Of a DNA stretch of 64,000 nt, positions 52,208 to 64,000 are shown piece after piece. A program made the position numbers and the translations under genes. Under the pieces are notes generated by a model. That model saw nothing but the letters and a program-made list of their open reading frames with translations, ran no database searches and was not told the DNA's origin. Origin of the DNA: Octopus vulgaris. Lineage: Eukaryota. The first letter of the stretch is position 1; every line of letters starts with the position of its first letter. The stretch spans positions 168,516,001 to 168,580,000 of the forward strand of contig OX597814.1 of assembly GCA_951406725.2 (NCBI GenBank), read 5' to 3'.

Positions 52208-52634
52208 TTTATGTTTGAATTTTTGCTTTACATTTGTACAAGTTGGCTCCAAGTCTCACCCAGAGACCTCAAGAGACAACAAGTTAGAAGTTCATATTGG
52301 TGTTATGCCTAGGGTGCCATATATTTGGTTTTGTACATAGTGTTATTCTAGAGAATGTTTAAGAAACCATAAGAAAATTGTGTTTGTTGTAAAGCTTGAG
52401 ATTATATAGAAAGTATTTTGCGCAGAATATGGGCAGTTCCTATGAGCACTATCTTTTGAATTTCTGCCATTTTGGGGTTTCCTGGTATCTGAGCTAGGTA
52501 GCAATCAGCCCCTTTTGCTATCATTCCCAGGGCACCTATGACAACAGGTATTGTTTTAGTCTTCAGGTTCCACATTTTGCTAATTTCTATTTCAAGATCT
52601 TTATACTTGCTCAGTTTTTCTCAGTTTTTGGTAG

Positions 52635-52635
<1 letters not shown>
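52208..52635 (-). mobile_element. R4/Dong-like 3' fragment
   Basis: EKLSKYKDLEIEISKMWNLKTKTIPVVIGALG...IQKIVLIGTAHILRK; flanked by (TAA)n. Confidence 0.8.
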
Positions 52636-52690
<55 letters not shown>

Positions 52691-53178
52691 GTGAGAGAGC
52701 AGTGTATGCCATCAAAGTGACAATGGGGTAAAATATACAAAGCCCAGTTTACCCATCATGACTACCCATCTGATAAGGGTACACCAGGCACATGCATCAC
52801 AGCCATGTGTGCACGACATGATGATCTCATATCAAGATAAACAGCGCATGACCTTGCAGGTGGGGCCCAGTTAGTATGATGTTGAACGAAACAGCCATGT
52901 TTCCAAAGGTGGATTATCCAAACCCCAAAGAATTCCTCTCAACACATGGCTATGATGCTCCCCCACTACTTCTGCTCATGATGAGAGATGTACATATCGT
53001 TAGCCACTAAGGGACTTACTCAACTGGTCATGGTCAAGCAACTTGACAAGCAAATCTGTAGTATTGAGCAGAATATTTGCTGTAGCCCATCTTTTATACT
53101 TAGACAAAACAATGTACACCTCCAATCACTTAAGATAAGAAGCCATGAGAGTCGCTGCCTGGTACTGCATCAAGGCAT
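52691..53178 (-). mobile_element. Non-coding element (group E) inserted in (TAA)n
   Basis: Reverse-complement homologue of 60003-60625; both copies are flanked by TAA repeats. Confidence 0.75.
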
Positions 53179-53181
53179 TTA

Positions 53182-53269
<88 letters not shown>

Positions 53270-53285
53270 CATCGTCATTATTATT

Positions 53286-53510
53286 AAGGTGGTGGGTTGG
53301 CAGAATTGCTAGCACAGTGGATAAAATGTTTAGTGACATTTCTTTTGTCTCTATGTTCTGAGTTCAAATTCTGTAAAGGTTGGCTTTGCCTTTCATCCTT
53401 TTGGAGTTGATAAAATAACTTCCAGTTGAGCACTGGGATCAATGTAATTGACTTAACCCCTCCCACAATATTGCAGGCCTTGTGCCAAAATTTTAAACAT
53501 TTATTATTAC

Positions 53511-53572
<62 letters not shown>

Positions 53573-53800
53573 TTGAAAGGTGGAAAGCTCACAGGACTAT
53601 TAGCACACTAGATAAAATGCTTAGTGACATTTCATCTGTCTATGTTCTGAGTTCCAATTCTGCTAAAGTTGGCTTTGTCTTTCAATCATTTCAGAGTCAA
53701 TAAAATACGTACCAACCAAGTACTGGTGTTAATGTAATCAACTAGTCCCCTTCACCCCTAATTTCAGGCCTCTTGCCTATAGTAGAAAGTATTATTATTA
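53286..53800 (+). mobile_element. Two tandem SINE group B variants with (ATT)n tails
   Basis: Heads at about 53286 and 53578. Confidence 0.75.
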
Positions 53801-53873
53801 TTATATTTGAATCTTACACTGTGAAGACTCCCTTTGAAATATGATCATTTCAAATTTTACCAAATTTGTTTAA

Positions 53874-54205
53874 CATCATCATCATCATCGTTTAACGTCT
53901 GCTTTCCATGCTAGCATGGGTTGGACAGTTCAACTGGGGTCTGGGAAGCCTGAAGGCTGCACCAGGCCAGTCAGATCTGGCAGTGTTTCTACAGCTGGAT
54001 GCCCTTCCTAATGCCAACCACTCCGTGAGTGTAGTGGGTGCTTTTTATGTGCCACCGACACAGGTGCCAGACGAGGCTGGCGAACAGCCACGCTCGGATG
54101 GTGTTTTTTACATGCCACCGGCACAGAGGCTAGGCGAGGCTGGCACAGCCATGATCGGATGGTGTTTGTTACATGCCACCAGCACGGAGGCCAGTCGATG
54201 CGGTA
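53874..54205 (-). mobile_element. RTE 3' UTR
   Basis: Family sequence with three motif units. Confidence 0.85.
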
Positions 54206-54220
54206 CAAAAATTTTATCTA

Positions 54221-54625
54221 CAGGCCCGGGCATGGCTGTGTGGTAAGAAGCTTGCTTTTTCTAACCACATAGTTCCGGGTTAAGTCCCACTGCATGACAC
54301 CTTAGGTGAGTGTCTTCTACTATAGCCTCGGGCTGACCAAAGCCTTGTGAGTGGATTTGGTTGACAGAAACTGAAAGAAGCCTGTTGTATATATGTGTAT
54401 ATACGTATGTGTAGCTGTGTTTGTCCCCCATCACTACTTGATAACCGGTGTTGGTGTGTTGACATCCCCATAACTTAACAGTTTGGTAAGGGAGACTGAC
54501 GGAATAAGTACCAGGCTGAAAAAAGTACTGGGATTGATACATTCAACTGAAAGTTCTTTAAGGCGGTGCCCCAGCATGGCCACAGTCTAATAACTGAAAC
54601 ATGTAAAAGATGAAAGATAAAAGAT
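54221..54625 (+). mobile_element. SINE group A
   Basis: Family sequence. Confidence 0.85.
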
Positions 54626-56909
54626 ACATTATATTTTCACATCAAAAACAGATACCACACATAATTTTATCATATGGGAATGCACTACACTAGCTATTAG
54701 AAATACAAAAATCAAAATATATGACTAAATGTACAAAAGGAAGAAAAAACTAATCAGTTCAGTGAACATTTGATAGAAGAAAATATTCCAAATACTCAAA
54801 TAAGTAAGTTGGAAGATAGTGACAGTAATAGACTCAACAACAGCAGTAACTCTTATACAATTCCAAATATTACAGTCTGTTCGTATATATCAGCTGTATG
54901 GATCTTTCATAGTTATAAGAAAAATAAAAATGTAAATTGGAGAATTTTGTAAAAACCTAGCAAAATTTCATTGTCACAGGAGATAATCCATGAGAAAGTG
55001 AAAAAGAAAATTATATAACTCTGCTTCTGAAAAAATAGAAATGGATTAAATTTCCTTTCCTATCAAGTAATACTACAATTCCTTGTGCACATATTGGGAG
55101 AACTTACTGCAACTGAAAAGGATGAAAGAATTGGCACAATTTGCTGTACCCTTGAAACTGAAAAATTCAGCCATAATACAGGCTTGAATTATTAGGCATA
55201 CCTCTAACTATACAAGATCAAAGAAACACAAGAGTTAAAGCAAGAAATACTGCTTTGATTTGTCACTAATAGGGAAATATCTCACTAATAGGGACTTTTG
55301 TGTTGCAGTATGAAAGATTTGTCAAAGCAGGCTGAAGGAAAGGTGACCAAAAGTTGGGGTGGAGGTATCAAAATGGATTTGTGAGTTCTAATGACCTTTG
55401 AAAGACACTGGCCCTACTAGAACTGTGCCCAGTAGATGGTACTGAGACAAGGGATGTGAGATTGATGATGCAGGGTAGAAAGCTTAGTTCTTACATTTGT
55501 TAGAATAAAACATACATTAGAGCTGAATGCATGAAAGAACTAGAAAGATTAAGCAAAAACGAATGAAAAGGAAAATAAAAAAACAAACAAATTCAAGAAC
55601 AACAAACTTCTGTTTCATGAAAACCACCAGCCAAAACACAGGGAATAGCAGGGCAGCATGAAGCTTTGTCAGTGAACAGGTGGCGTTCTGAAAGCGACGA
55701 AAATATTTTGACAAATTAAATTTAAATGTTGAAGCGAATCTAATGGTTTTGTGTGTTTCTTAAATGGCTTATAAACAACTTCCATGCTGCAATTGTTTTC
55801 GTTCCAGCACACGATCTCAGATCAAGTCACTCGCTATGCAAGTACATCTCTGTAATATCTTTAGGTCGAATGTCACAAATGATTGAACAAATACACCGTC
55901 CTCTAATAATACCAATCTCACACACTACAGGAAGAAATAATGTCAATAAAAATATGAAGAGAAAAATGGGGAAAAATAATCACAGGGAAAGATTTGATAT
56001 TAGATAAAGATTACAGGTGAGGATGAGCAATTTCTAAATGACAATGAAGTCCCTTTTGAGGAAAGCAGCAAAAAAAGTGGGGGGCTAAGAAAAAAGATGA
56101 ACTACAATACACCATTTTCCACAAGTCAAGCAAGTAATTAATAGATAAAATTATGCATATATTAATAGATAAAATTATGCCATATATTCTCTGTAGATGT
56201 TGTAATGACATGAAAAAGTTAGGTCCAGCATATAAACAACTTGCAAAAGATAGATTGGTAGTAAAATTAAAATCAAGATATTATAGTGGATTTAAAAAAG
56301 GACAGCCTCAACATGTTGGTGCTTTTCAATATCAAATGTCTCAAAAAATGCTCACTGATGTATTTGGTTGCACTTGAACACAATTTGAGAAATGGTTAAA
56401 TGAATAGGGTCATGCTGTATTCAACTCAATCAAACCAGAAAATCTTCATGTGTAATTTTTTAAAATGATATCTTGCCTTGCTTTATATATTGTGTATGTT
56501 ATTGTATTTTTTATTCTTTTACTTGTTTCAGTCACTGGACTGTGGCCTTGGTGGTGCACCACCTTGTTATTCATTTTTCATACAAATATGTGTGCATGCA
56601 TACATATGCATTTATGTATACATATGTGTGCATCTGCATGTGTACGTGTGTGGACCTTTAAAATTCTTAATATGTCCTTTCATATGTTGTATAAAATCTC
56701 TTACTTCATCTCTTTGTATTTGCAAAGGGGGTTTTTTGTAACCCTTTGCTATCTTTTCTTTCTTTATAAACTTCTTGAGAAATTTTGTGTCCTTTGCTTC
56801 CTTTTGAGCTCTTTTTACTAATATGTGTCCTTAGTGAAAATATTATTATTTCTTTTATTATACTTAGTGAAAATGTTATCGTTATTTATTTTATTAAACC
56901 TATTACATA

Positions 56910-57205
56910 CTACTTAGCAAGGATGTTATCTTTAGGTTTCCTGACAAGTTTCCTCATCCACGTGGGGACTGTACCTTTCTGGACACACTCATTCAATGCA
57001 CTGCATGTCATCTCTTCAGCCAGAAGCCATGAATCCCATCTGGTCCAGGGGCTTTCAAGTCAGGCACTTTACCCACTTGCTCTTTCACGACATGCTTATG
57101 ACAATATTTCTTTGTTTCTTTCTTCCTTGTAATTCTGTTTTGATAGTTCCTACCCACATTGCATCCCTTATATGCACCACATTGCTTCCCCATAATCCAC
57201 TCCTT
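56910..57205 (-). mobile_element. R4/Dong-like RT N-terminal fragment next to (TAA)n
   Basis: Reads KAPGPDGIHGFWLKR. Confidence 0.65.
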
Positions 57206-57221
57206 GTTATTATTATCATCA

Positions 57222-57277
<56 letters not shown>

Positions 57278-57286
57278 GATATTATT

Positions 57287-57451
57287 ATAGGTGTAGAAGT
57301 GGCTGTGTGGTAAGTAGCTTACTTACCAACCACATGGTTCCGGGTTCAGTCCCACTGCGTGGCACCTTGGGCAAGTGTTTTCTACTATAGCCTTGGGCCG
57401 ACTAAAGCCTTGTGAGTGGATTTGGTAGACAGAAACTGAAAGAAGCCCGTC

Positions 57452-57489
<38 letters not shown>

Positions 57490-57705
57490 GTATGTGTTTA
57501 TGTTTGTGTGCCTGTGTTTGTCTCCCTAGCATCGCTTGACAACTGATGCTGGTGTGTTTACGTCCCCGTAACTTAGCGGTTCGGCCAAAGAGACTGATAG
57601 AGACTTACAAAGAATAAGTCCTGGGGTCTATTTGCTCGACTAAAGGCAGTGCTCCAGCATGGCCACAGTCAAATGACTGAAACAAGTAAAAGAGTAAAAG
57701 AGAGT
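57287..57705 (+). mobile_element. SINE group A, near consensus
   Basis: Full family sequence. Confidence 0.9.
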
Positions 57706-58007
57706 AATTATTTCATAAGTCTCATTTTTTCTCAGTGCTTTCAATATACAGACAAGTGCAGTTCCGTGTGTTTTGAGCAGCTGTAGCACTTTGCATTTCA
57801 ATGTTCTTGTATTGTATTGTAAGAACTCTATGGAATATGTATGTGTGTGTGTGTGTTTGTATGCATGTGTGCAGTCTTTAATAATGTTATTTACTCGATG
57901 TTCTCAGAGACTGCATACTTTAAGATTTCGTACACATATTTGTCTACCTGTATATGTGCATGTGTGTATCCATATGTGTGTATGTATGTGTGATGAGTGT
58001 GCACATG

Positions 58008-58060
<53 letters not shown>

Positions 58061-58068
58061 TATACATT

Positions 58069-58105
<37 letters not shown>

Positions 58106-58462
58106 GATAACAACGGTATGATAACAAAAGAAAGAAAGAGACCTCGATATTATATAAATAGAGGAATTTATCTGTAAAATTTATATATATATATATATAT
58201 ATATAGATATATATATATATGAAAATAAATATATATATATAAATATATGTAAAATTTATATATATATATATAAAGATTTATATATATATACATACAAATA
58301 TATATATATATATTTATACATAGCTACGTACACACACATATATGAATTTATATACACACATATATACATATATATGTATACATACATACATACATACATA
58401 CATACATACATACATACATACATACATGCATGCATGCATGCATACATACATACATACATACA

Positions 58463-58493
<31 letters not shown>

Positions 58494-58628
58494 GTACATA
58501 CATGTGTGTGTGTGTGTGTGTGTATGCTCCTGTTTTTAATTACCATCAAGATACCTATCATTAGTGGGATTCTTGCAGTTTTTTTTTCTATTTTCACATT
58601 GTTATCTCTGTCTCCAGATATTATATTT

Positions 58629-58680
58629 GAATAGTTTCAACAATTCTTTCAGACATATATTGTCATCAGTTGCAACTGAT
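58629..58680 (-). ncRNA. Degenerate hammerhead-like motif
   Basis: CTGATGA-CAAT...ATTGTT-GAAAC-TATTC; overlaps the 16-bp palindrome ATCAGTTGCAACTGAT. Confidence 0.3.
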
Positions 58681-58963
58681 ACATTGATTAGAAGACAATT
58701 TTTATTTATTTATTTATATTTACTAATGTTGTTTGACACTAATATCTGAACAATTTTCCTTAATCGTTTTGTCTGTCTGCTTGAAATGGCATATTCCAGA
58801 CAATGGTCAGAGTACACCATTTTTGTTTTGTTCTGAACATTTAGAGACACAAGCATGATTGAATGGTTCCAAACAGTCAAGGACAAACTGCGGTTTGTGT
58901 GACTTTCTCAATGGTATGCCAGTGAAAAATTAGCTCAACTTTTTTTAGTAATACTATCTATCG

Positions 58964-59310
58964 CTTTTCTCTTTTCTCTTTTACTTATATCAGTCATTTT
59001 GACTGTAGCCATGCTGGAGCACCACCTTTAGTCGAGCAAATCGACCCCAGGACTTAGGACTTATTCATTGTAAGCCTAGTACTTATTCTATTGGTCTCTT
59101 TTGCCGAAACGCTAAGTTACGGGGACGTAAACACACCAGCATCAGTTATCAAGCGATGTTGGGGGACAAACACAGACACACCAACATATACACACACACA
59201 TACATATATATACATATATACGATGGGCTTCTTTCAGTTTCTGTCTCCCAAATCCACTCACAAGGCTTTGGTCGACCCGAGGCTATAGTAGAAGACACTT
59301 GCCCAAGGTC
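58964..59310 (-). mobile_element. SINE group A, 5'-truncated
   Basis: Family sequence. Confidence 0.85.
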
Positions 59311-59611
59311 TGATGATGAGTCTTGCCTCATATGGCCTGCTTCTCAAAAAAAAAAAAAAAAAAAAAGAGTCTCCCAAACACATGCTTTCTGGTTCAGTCT
59401 CACTGCTTGGCACAATGGGTAAGTCTGAAATTTTGGGAGAACAGGTAAGTTGATTTCATTGTTTTCTGTCGTCAACTGGTACTTATTTTATTGAGCCTAA
59501 AAGGATGAAAGGTAAAGTGACCTCAGAATGTATAAATGGATGAAATGTTGTGAAGTGTTTTGTCTGGCACACTAATGATTCTACCAGCTTGCTGCCTTAC
59601 AAGAATAATAA

Positions 59612-59870
59612 TGGCAAGGTTGAGAAATATGAACAAGTATGGAAGGTAAGACATTTGTGGGCAATGGAAAAGGTTAAGGTGGCCCCAGTTGTTGTCAGAG
59701 TGCTTGGTATTGCGAGTACCAGAATGAAAACAATTTCTAAAACATTGGGGACAACATCAGGGTGAGGTACTTGCAGAAAACAACACCCCTTGGAATTGAC
59801 CATTGAAGGTGCCACAGGTTATGGACAATTGGCAGTGATATTACACCACCAGTAACAAATGCTGTACAAT
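59612..59870 (+). mobile_element. Decayed R4/Dong-like 3' fragment followed by (AAT)n (59875-60003)
   Basis: Reads KVEKYE...HLWAMEKVKVAPVVVRVLG. Confidence 0.65.
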
Positions 59871-59874
59871 AAGG

Positions 59875-59998
<124 letters not shown>

Positions 59999-60002
59999 TA
60001 TA

Positions 60003-60625
60003 ATACCCTGATGCAGTACCAGGCAGTGGCAATGCCCTGATGCAGTAGCAGGCAGTAACTATACCCTGATGCAGTGCCAGGCAGTGGCTATGCCCTGATG
60101 CAGTTCCAAGCAGTGGCTCTCATGGCTTCTGATCTTAACTGATTAGAAGTGTTATCATGTACATTGTTTTGTCTTGGTATAAAAGATGGGCTACAGCAAA
60201 TATTCGGCTCAATACCACAGATTTGCTTGTCAGTTGTTTGACCTTAACCAGTTGAGCATGTCCCTTAGTGGCTGACGATATGTGCATCTCTGATCATGAG
60301 CATAGCCATGTGTTGAGAGGGATTATTTGGGGTTTAAATAATTCACCTCTGGAAACATGGGTGTTTCATTTAACATCCTTAAATAACCCTTATTCAAGGA
60401 CCTTTTGAGTGGGATGGGTTACTCGACAAGAAGAAAATTCTAACTGGGCCCCACCTGCAAGGTCATGTGCTGTTTATCTTCATATGAGATCACCATATCA
60501 TGCACATATGGTTGTGATGCATGTGCCTAGTGTACCCTTATCAGACGGGTAGTCATGATGGGTATACTGGGCTTCGTATATTTTACCCCAGTGTCACTTT
60601 GATGGAATGCACTGCTCTCTCACTC
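60003..60625 (+). mobile_element. Group E element with four 29-bp terminal repeats
   Basis: ATRCCCTGATGCAGTACCAGGCAGTGGC units at 60003, 60032, 60061 and 60090. Confidence 0.75.
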
Positions 60626-60659
60626 AATAATAATAATAATAATTATTATAATTATAATA

Positions 60660-61089
60660 ACCTCAGAAAATAGAAAGATATGCTGATTGAAATGGAAAAG
60701 ATGTGGCATCTTAAAAGGGTTACAATACCAGTGATTGCAGGAGCAGTTGGAATAATCAAAAATGGAACTGAAAATTATTTGAGGATGATCCCTGGCTTTT
60801 ACCATCCATGGTATGTCACACATATTGAGAAGAGCATAGTTGCTGTGAATTTTCTTTCTTTTTCCCCCCTTATTTTCTTTGTTTTCTTTTTTCTTTCATT
60901 TTTTCTTTTTCTTCTTTCCTTTTTCTTTCTGTCTTCCCCCCCCCCCCCCCATTTTTCTATCATATGACTTTGTAAGTGAACAATCTGGTGTGTTTATTTT
61001 AATGGCCTACCTATGTATACAGTGAGCTTCTTTGCCCTAGGTGTCAGGAAGACACTCAGCAAGAAATGGAAACAAAATTGAGAGACGAA

Positions 61090-61090
<1 letters not shown>
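60660..61090 (+). mobile_element. R4/Dong-like 3' fragment
   Basis: LIEMEKMWHLKRVTIPVIAGAVGIIK...YLRMIPG; followed by (GAT)n/(AAT)n. Confidence 0.7.
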
Positions 61091-61143
<53 letters not shown>

Positions 61144-61152
61144 AATGATAAC

Positions 61153-61201
<49 letters not shown>

Positions 61202-61631
61202 GTAAAAGAATACTTTTGAATTTAGGCCTGAGGGTTCAAAGCTAATGTTCTGCGGAACAATGGTTAAAATAGTAACAACCACAAACAAGAGTGGCTGCAA
61301 TAATATGACTGGTAACAACTGCAACAATAATATCAACAACAGTAGTAGCAGCAACAAGGGAGAACCTTCTATGTATTTACTTGACTTGGATAAATAGCAG
61401 TAAAATTTCTTAGAATCATCAAAGTTTTATTTATTATGATACGCTACTGTCTTAAAAGTAAAAAAAAAAAAGATACAGCAGCTTCTATAGTCTAGGGGTA
61501 CATACACTACACTTGAACAAAAAGATGGATGGTCACATTTGGAGCATCTTTGACCATATATATACTTGATTAGGTCTGACCTAGAGCTAGACAACAATGA
61601 TGTGAACACAGGGAAAGGTTTTATGCTCTCA

Positions 61632-62020
61632 TAGGAGTGGCTGTGTGGTAAGTAGCTTGCTTACGAACCACATGGTTCCAGGTTCAGTCCCACTGCGGGG
61701 CACCTTGGGCAAGTGTCTTCTGCTATAGCCTCAGGCCAACCAAAGCCTTGTGAGTGGATTTGGTAGACGGAACTAAAAGAAGTCTGTCGTATATATGTAT
61801 ATATATGTATGTGTGTGTGTACATGTTTGTGTGTCTGTGTTTGTCCCCCCGACATCGCTTGACAACTGATGCTGGTGTGTTTATGTCCCCAGCAAAAGAG
61901 GCCGATAGAATAAGTACTAGGCTTACAAAGAATAAGTCCTGGGGTCGATTTGCTCAACTAAAGGCAGTGCTCCAGCATGGCCACAGTCAAATGACTGAAA
62001 CAAGTAAAAGAGTAAAGAGT
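61632..62020 (+). mobile_element. SINE group A
   Basis: Full family sequence. Confidence 0.9.
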
Positions 62021-62429
62021 AACATATACAAGGCAAAGAAGTGAAATCTTTTTGAAATCACATCCTATAAATTTTTAAAACTAGCAAAGGGTATGTTTTT
62101 ATAGTTCTAGAAATGGTGTATCTGAAAGGTTAGGATTGTCACAGCTGGTGTGTTTTTGCTCACATGTCTACCTGACCAGGGTTGACTGGAGTTCAACAGC
62201 AATAAAAAAAAAATATCAATAGTAGTGACAACAACTAAGGAATCTCTATATAGTGGTTTGGTTTGACTTGCTAAGAATAAGAGGCAATGGCGAAAGACTG
62301 AGATCTCTGGAGATATGCTGTGACTGCAAAGACCCAACAAATAAGGTGAGTTCATAGCTGTTTCCTGCATCAGTTTCGCATAGCCCCAGCCCATCCAAAG
62401 AACCTTGGATTGCAGAACAACCTGCTGTA

Positions 62430-62846
62430 CTTACCTTGGATCGTAGAGTGACCTGCTGTGCTTGAGGAGACCTATTGAGTCAAGTACATCAACATCAAAA
62501 TAAATATCAAATGGAAATTGTAGTTGTGATATCTGTGCTGGTGGCACGTAAAAAGCACCATCCAAATTGTGGCCGATGCCAGCACCACTTTGACTGGTTT
62601 CTGAGCCGGTAGTACATAAAAAGCACCAACCGATTGTGGCCACTGCCATCCTCCCCTGGCACCTGTGCCAGTGGCATGTAAAAAGTACCCACTACACTCA
62701 TGGTTGGCATTAGGAAGGGCATCCAGCTGTAGAAACACTGCCAGATCAGACCGGAGCCTGGTGCAGCCTCCTGGCTTCCCAGACCCCGGTCGAACCGTCC
62801 AACCCATGTTAGTACGGAAAACGGACGTTAAACGATGATGATGATG
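62430..62846 (+). mobile_element. RTE 3' UTR
   Basis: Family sequence with (GAT)n. Confidence 0.85.
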
Positions 62847-63158
62847 AATATCCTAATCACCCCCAAATCACACTCCATCATCGTGAAGACAGAAAGAAAT
62901 ATTGAATGATGTGGTCTTAGAGAATGCCTGTGAACATACCACTGAGGCAGCAACCACAATATCAACAACAATAACAGCAATTGCAACTTCAACAGCAGCT
63001 GTAACAGCAATGTACGACATTAGCAACAGCAGCAACAACATTGACAGAAGCAACTCAAGAAGAATCAGTATCAGCAGTAACAAGAACAATAAAATCCATA
63101 GTATTAATGACAACAAAACAAGAACAACGGCTGCTACTACTATTACTACTACTACTAT

Positions 63159-63227
<69 letters not shown>

Positions 63228-63256
63228 CACCACCACCAACAACAACAACAATACCT

Positions 63257-63489
63257 ATTTCTTTATTACCCACAAGGGGCTAAACATAGAGGGGACAAAC
63301 AAGAACAGACATAGGTATTAAGTCGATTACATCGACCCCAGTGCGGAACTGGTACTTAATTTATCGACCCCGAAAGGATGAAAGGCAAAGTCAACCTCGG
63401 CGGAATTTGAACTCACAACGTAACGACAGACGAAATACCACTAAGCATTTCATCCGGCGTGCTAACGTTTCTGCCAGCTCGCCGCCTTT
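63257..63489 (-). mobile_element. SINE group B inserted in (CAA)n
   Basis: TSD (ACA)n-ATACC on both sides. Confidence 0.9.
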
Positions 63490-64000
63490 ACAACAACAAC
63501 AACAATACCACCACCACCACCACCACTACTACTACTACAAGTAATAGCAATAGCAGCAGCAGCACCAGTAGTAGTAGCAGTAGTAGTAGCAGTAGTAGTA
63601 GTAGTAGTAGTAGTAGTAGTTGTGCAGCAGCAGCAGCAATAGCAGCAGCTATATATTTATCAATAGCAACAACTTCAAAATCAATAACAGCTGCAACAAC
63701 AATCTACAATATCTACACTACCATCAGCACTACCGCCGCCGCCGCCACCACCGCCACCGCCACCACCACCACCAACAACAACAACAGCAACAACAACATC
63801 AACGGCAGCACTAACACAAAAGAATGAACATAACACTTCATCAAAGAATAATCATGGATAACAATATATTGATAAAAACAAGCAGCAGTGCGAAGACACA
63901 ATATTGTGAAACTTGGCTTGTGTAATAGTGGAAGAAAAGATACTGGGCAAAAAATAATGTTTTATTTTCAATCAATAACGATGATGACGACGACAACAAC

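Noticed and set aside
56153-56377. 74-aa non-repetitive ORF after a TCTCTGTAG acceptor-like site
   Set aside because: No motif recognised; cannot be distinguished from chance or transposon debris.
57287-57360. tRNA gene-like A/B boxes
   Set aside because: SINE heads; no complete cloverleaf or Pol III terminator.

Overview
AT-rich, repeat-saturated eukaryotic DNA, most likely intron or intergenic sequence. The SINE/LINE/microsatellite landscape resembles an octopus genome (recognised by pattern, not confirmed by search). No host protein-coding exon can be supported; almost all listed ORFs come from microsatellites or transposon debris. The window contains three tRNA-headed SINE groups, many RTE LINE 3' ends, R4/Dong-like LINE fragments in (TAA)n, a CR1/L2-like RT remnant, two full-length decayed Tc1/mariner elements (DD34D and DD41D), three non-autonomous Helitrons, MITEs and abundant simple repeats. 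Four signals stand out. (1) About ten minimal type-I hammerhead-ribozyme-like motifs of unrelated sequence, of the kind known from Penelope-like element pseudo-LTRs, several in fold-back palindromes. The best case is a 435-bp near-perfect palindrome (47098-47532) with two divergent hammerheads. (2) A C4HC3 PHD-like finger inside the RT region of an RTE LINE. (3) Inverted duplications centred on (TA)n. (4) A duplicated ~120-nt hairpin of unknown origin. Boundaries of decayed repeats are approximate (tens of bp).
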